From Eubacteriales bacterium (lineage in GTDB: Bacteria > Bacillota > Clostridia > Oscillospirales > CAG-382), in contig JBAYZO010000007.1 in the NCBI GenBank assembly GCA_041672465.1, positions 367 to 64,366 on the forward strand: a stretch of 64,000 nt of DNA. Direction: 5' to 3'. The notes below the pieces were generated by a model. The model made no database searches. It was not told where the DNA came from and was given only the letters and a program-made list of their open reading frames with translations. This document shows, one piece after another, positions 61,937-64,000 of this stretch. Position 1 is the first letter of the stretch; every line of letters begins with the position of its first letter. Position numbers and translations under genes: made by a program.

Positions 61937-64000
61937 ACTTTAAGTTCCACAACGGTGACTCCGGTGTCGCCCTCGCCGTAAAAACCGCTGCGGAATGTTT
62001 TAACCCGCTTGTCGCGGCGGAGGTTCTCCCACACCGCCGCTCTCAGCGCGCCGGTGCCTTTCCCGTGGATGATGCTGACGGACCCATAGCTCGCGAGGAT
62101 CGCCGCGTCAAGGTATTTGTCAAGCGCGAAATAAGCCTCGTCGCCGGTAAGCCCGCGAATGTCGAGCTCGTTTTTAACCGCCTCGCTCCGCCTGAAAGTC
62201 ACGGCGGATTTTTTTATTTCGGGCTTTTCCTCAAGAAGCCGAAGATCGGAAACCGCCACTTTCGTGGTGATTATCCCGGCTTTGACCGTCGCGGTTTGGC
62301 CGTCGATTTGCTCTATAAAGCCTTTTTTATTTATACCGGCAATTTTCACCGCGTCGCCGGGGCGGTAGGGCCTTGGCGGGGAATAATCTTTTTCTTCCCT
62401 TTGGCTGTCTTGGGAAATCGCGGCGTGGCTTTTTTTAAGGCGGTCTTTTATCGACTGCCGCGCAAGCTCAAGGTTTGTAAAGTTTTTTTCTTTTTCGGCT
62501 TCTTTTTTCAGCTTGTTCAGCTCGTCGAAAATAAATTCGCTCGATGACCTCGCCTGTGCTATGATTCGATTTGCTTTTTCGTTTGCCTTTTCCGTTTGGG
62601 TTATTATTTCTTCTTCCGCTCTTGCCATTTTTTCCTTTGCCTCGGCAAGCAGCGCCTCCGCCTCCCGCCTTAGCCCAACGGCTTTTTCATGGTCTTTGGC
62701 ATAGGCGGACTCGGTCAGCTCAAGCTTTGAGATAACGCTGTCCAGCCTCAGCGTTTTGGCGCTCAGCCTTTCTCTGGCGGCGTCTATAAGCCTTTCCGGC
62801 AGCCCAAGGCGGAGCGAAATGGCAAAGGCGTTGGACTTCCCCGGCAGCCCCGTGACAAGCCGAAAAGTGGGGCGGAGCGTTTCAAGGTCAAATTCAAGCG
62901 ACGCGTTTACCACGCCCTCGCGCTCAATGGCATAAACTTTAAGCTCGGCGTAGTGGGTGGTGGCGGCCACGAATGCCCCCCTTTGCCTCAGTTCCTCAAG
63001 AATTGCTATCCCCAGCGCCGCCCCCTCCGCCGGGTCTGTGCCGGCGCCAAGCTCGTCGAGGAGCACAAGCGAGTTTCGCGTGGCGCTGCCGATTATCCCC
63101 ACGATATTTTTCATATGGGACGAAAAGGTTGACAAAGACTGCTCTATTGACTGCTCGTCGCCGATATCGGCGAGGATTTTGTCAAACACCGGGAGCGCGC
63201 TCCCCTCTTTGCAGGGGATTTCCAGCCCCGACTGCGCCATCAGGGCAAACAGCCCCAGAGTTTTAAGCGTGACCGTCTTCCCCCCCGTGTTCGGGCCGGT
63301 TATGACAAGCGACTTCCCTGTTTCCTCCCCAAGGCTAAGGCTTACGGGGACAACCTTGTCTTTGTCAATCAGCGGGTGGCGGGCGTTTTGAAGATCGATA
63401 ACCCGCTTTTTATCACTCATCTTAGGGGAAACCCCGCCGTTATCAAGCGAATACGCCGCTTTGCCGAAGATAAGCGAAAGCTCTGCGATTGAATTGTAGT
63501 CAGCCAAAAGCGCCTCGCCGCTAAGCGCCGCTTTTTGGGAGAGAAGCGTTAAGATTTTCTCTATTTCTTTCTTTTCGGCGGATTTTAACTCCCTTAGCTT
63601 GTTGTTGCCCTCAAGAACCGCCAGCGGCTCTATAAAAAGCGTGGCGCCGGACGCCGAGGTGTCGTGTAAAAAGCCTTTTATCTCGTTTTTATACTCGGCT
63701 TTCACGGGGACGACAAAGCGTCCGTTCCGTTGGGTGACGATGTTTTCCTGAAGATATTTGCCGAAAGCTCCCGAAGTATATTTTGAAAGCGAATTGCGTA
63801 TTTCAAGCTCGCATTTCGTTATACTCCTCCTGATTTTAAGGAGCGCCGCCGAGGCGCTGTCGGCGACAGAATCCCCCGTTATGGCTTCAGTTATTGCTTT
63901 TTTGAGTATGTTTTCCTCGCTCAGTGATAAAAAATATTCGCCGAGTGTTTCTAAATCTTCTGATTTTGTCGGGTAAGACTTGACGGCTTTCGCGCTTTGA
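61933..64000 (-). CDS. mutS2: endonuclease MutS2, 5'-truncated by the window edge
   Basis: Walker A ITGPNTGGKTV, LLDELGAGTDPAEG and a C-terminal Smr domain (LDIRGLTGDEA...IIHGKGTGALR). My own translation shows the frame stays open upstream of the tracked GTG at 63705 to nt 64000 (…IVTQRNGRFVVPVKAEYK…). Confidence 0.9.
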   Translation of the reverse strand, partial: QSAKAVKSYPTKSEDLETLGEYFLSLSEENILKKAITEAITGDSVADSASAALLKIRRSITKCELEIRNSLSKYTSGAFGKYLQENIVTQRNGRFVVPVKAEYKNEIKGFLHDTSASGATLFIEPLAVLEGNNKLRELKSAEKKEIEKILTLLSQKAALSGEALLADYNSIAELSLIFGKAAYSLDNGGVSPKMSDKKRVIDLQNARHPLIDKDKVVPVSLSLGEETGKSLVITGPNTGGKTVTLKTLGLFALMAQSGLEIPCKEGSALPVFDKILADIGDEQSIEQSLSTFSSHMKNIVGIIGSATRNSLVLLDELGAGTDPAEGAALGIAILEELRQRGAFVAATTHYAELKVYAIEREGVVNASLEFDLETLRPTFRLVTGLPGKSNAFAISLRLGLPERLIDAARERLSAKTLRLDSVISKLELTESAYAKDHEKAVGLRREAEALLAEAKEKMARAEEEIITQTEKANEKANRIIAQARSSSEFIFDELNKLKKEAEKEKNFTNLELARQSIKDRLKKSHAAISQDSQREEKDYSPPRPYRPGDAVKIAGINKKGFIEQIDGQTATVKAGIITTKVAVSDLRLLEEKPEIKKSAVTFRRSEAVKNELDIRGLTGDEAYFALDKYLDAAILASYGSVSIIHGKGTGALRAAVWENLRRDKRVKTFRSGFYGEGDTGVTVVELKV

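Noticed and set aside
61918-62547. 209-aa plus-strand ORF opposite mutS2. The same applies to 62957-63391, 20922-21479, 10104-10571, 11279-11797, 35470-35913, 36364-36786, 29649-30053 and 5582-5998.
   Set aside because: All lie antisense to or out of frame with genes that have clear family signatures. None has a credible RBS or recognisable motif.
1-64000. Scan for CRISPR arrays, tRNA/rRNA genes, IS elements, integrases and toxin-antitoxin or known defence genes.
   Set aside because: I saw no regularly spaced direct repeats, no tRNA T-arm (GGTTCGAATCC-like) or rRNA signatures, and no transposase, recombinase, nuclease or helicase ORFs. The AbrB-fold protein at 36992 is the transition-state regulator type and has no toxin partner.

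Overview
The window is a 64-kb chromosomal segment from an endospore-forming Firmicute of the Clostridia type. A dockerin-bearing protein hints at a cellulosome-type Oscillospiraceae or Ruminococcaceae-like organism, but that taxon is inference only. I call about 61 protein-coding genes. I saw no rRNA, tRNA, CRISPR array, transposase, integrase, or recognisable defence or mobile genes. All calls come from reading the translated ORFs and the DNA by eye; no searches were run. Gene blocks, in order: (1) An ECF S-component/DUF1893 fusion, an ABC exporter and NfnAB-like oxidoreductase. (2) A spore germination and coat island at 6.5-15 kb. It holds a leaderless Cu/Zn SOD, an LL-H-type holin-like gene, two Csp subtilisin-like germination proteases, SleC, a degenerate Amidase_3 protein, a 36-aa basic ORF and cotJA-cotJB-cotJC. 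(3) A FliB-like Cys-cluster protein, a HAD hydrolase and two acyl-activation modules (E2-like acyltransferase plus AMP-ligase; AMP-ligase plus ACP). These flank spoVAC-AD-AE and lie next to an intact pro-sigK. (4) Assorted genes including a 31-aa Cys-rich membrane peptide with a sigma-K-type promoter and an SRAP peptidase. (5) Four paralogous solute-binding-protein (SBP)-like lipoproteins with no ABC permease or ATPase nearby. Two of them sit directly upstream of secreted GH-like DUF4855 or DUF4434 proteins. (6) Housekeeping genes: abrB, spoVG, murC, rpmB, rubrerythrin, hflKC, coaE, tsaC, metA, nadBC and mutS2. The two most interesting candidates are the repeated cassette of an SBP-like lipoprotein, a hairpin and a GH-like extracytoplasmic protein without a permease, and the catalytically dead amidase lying tail-to-tail with sleC. 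Neither is proven to be novel. The rest of the window looks like ordinary core and sporulation chromosome.
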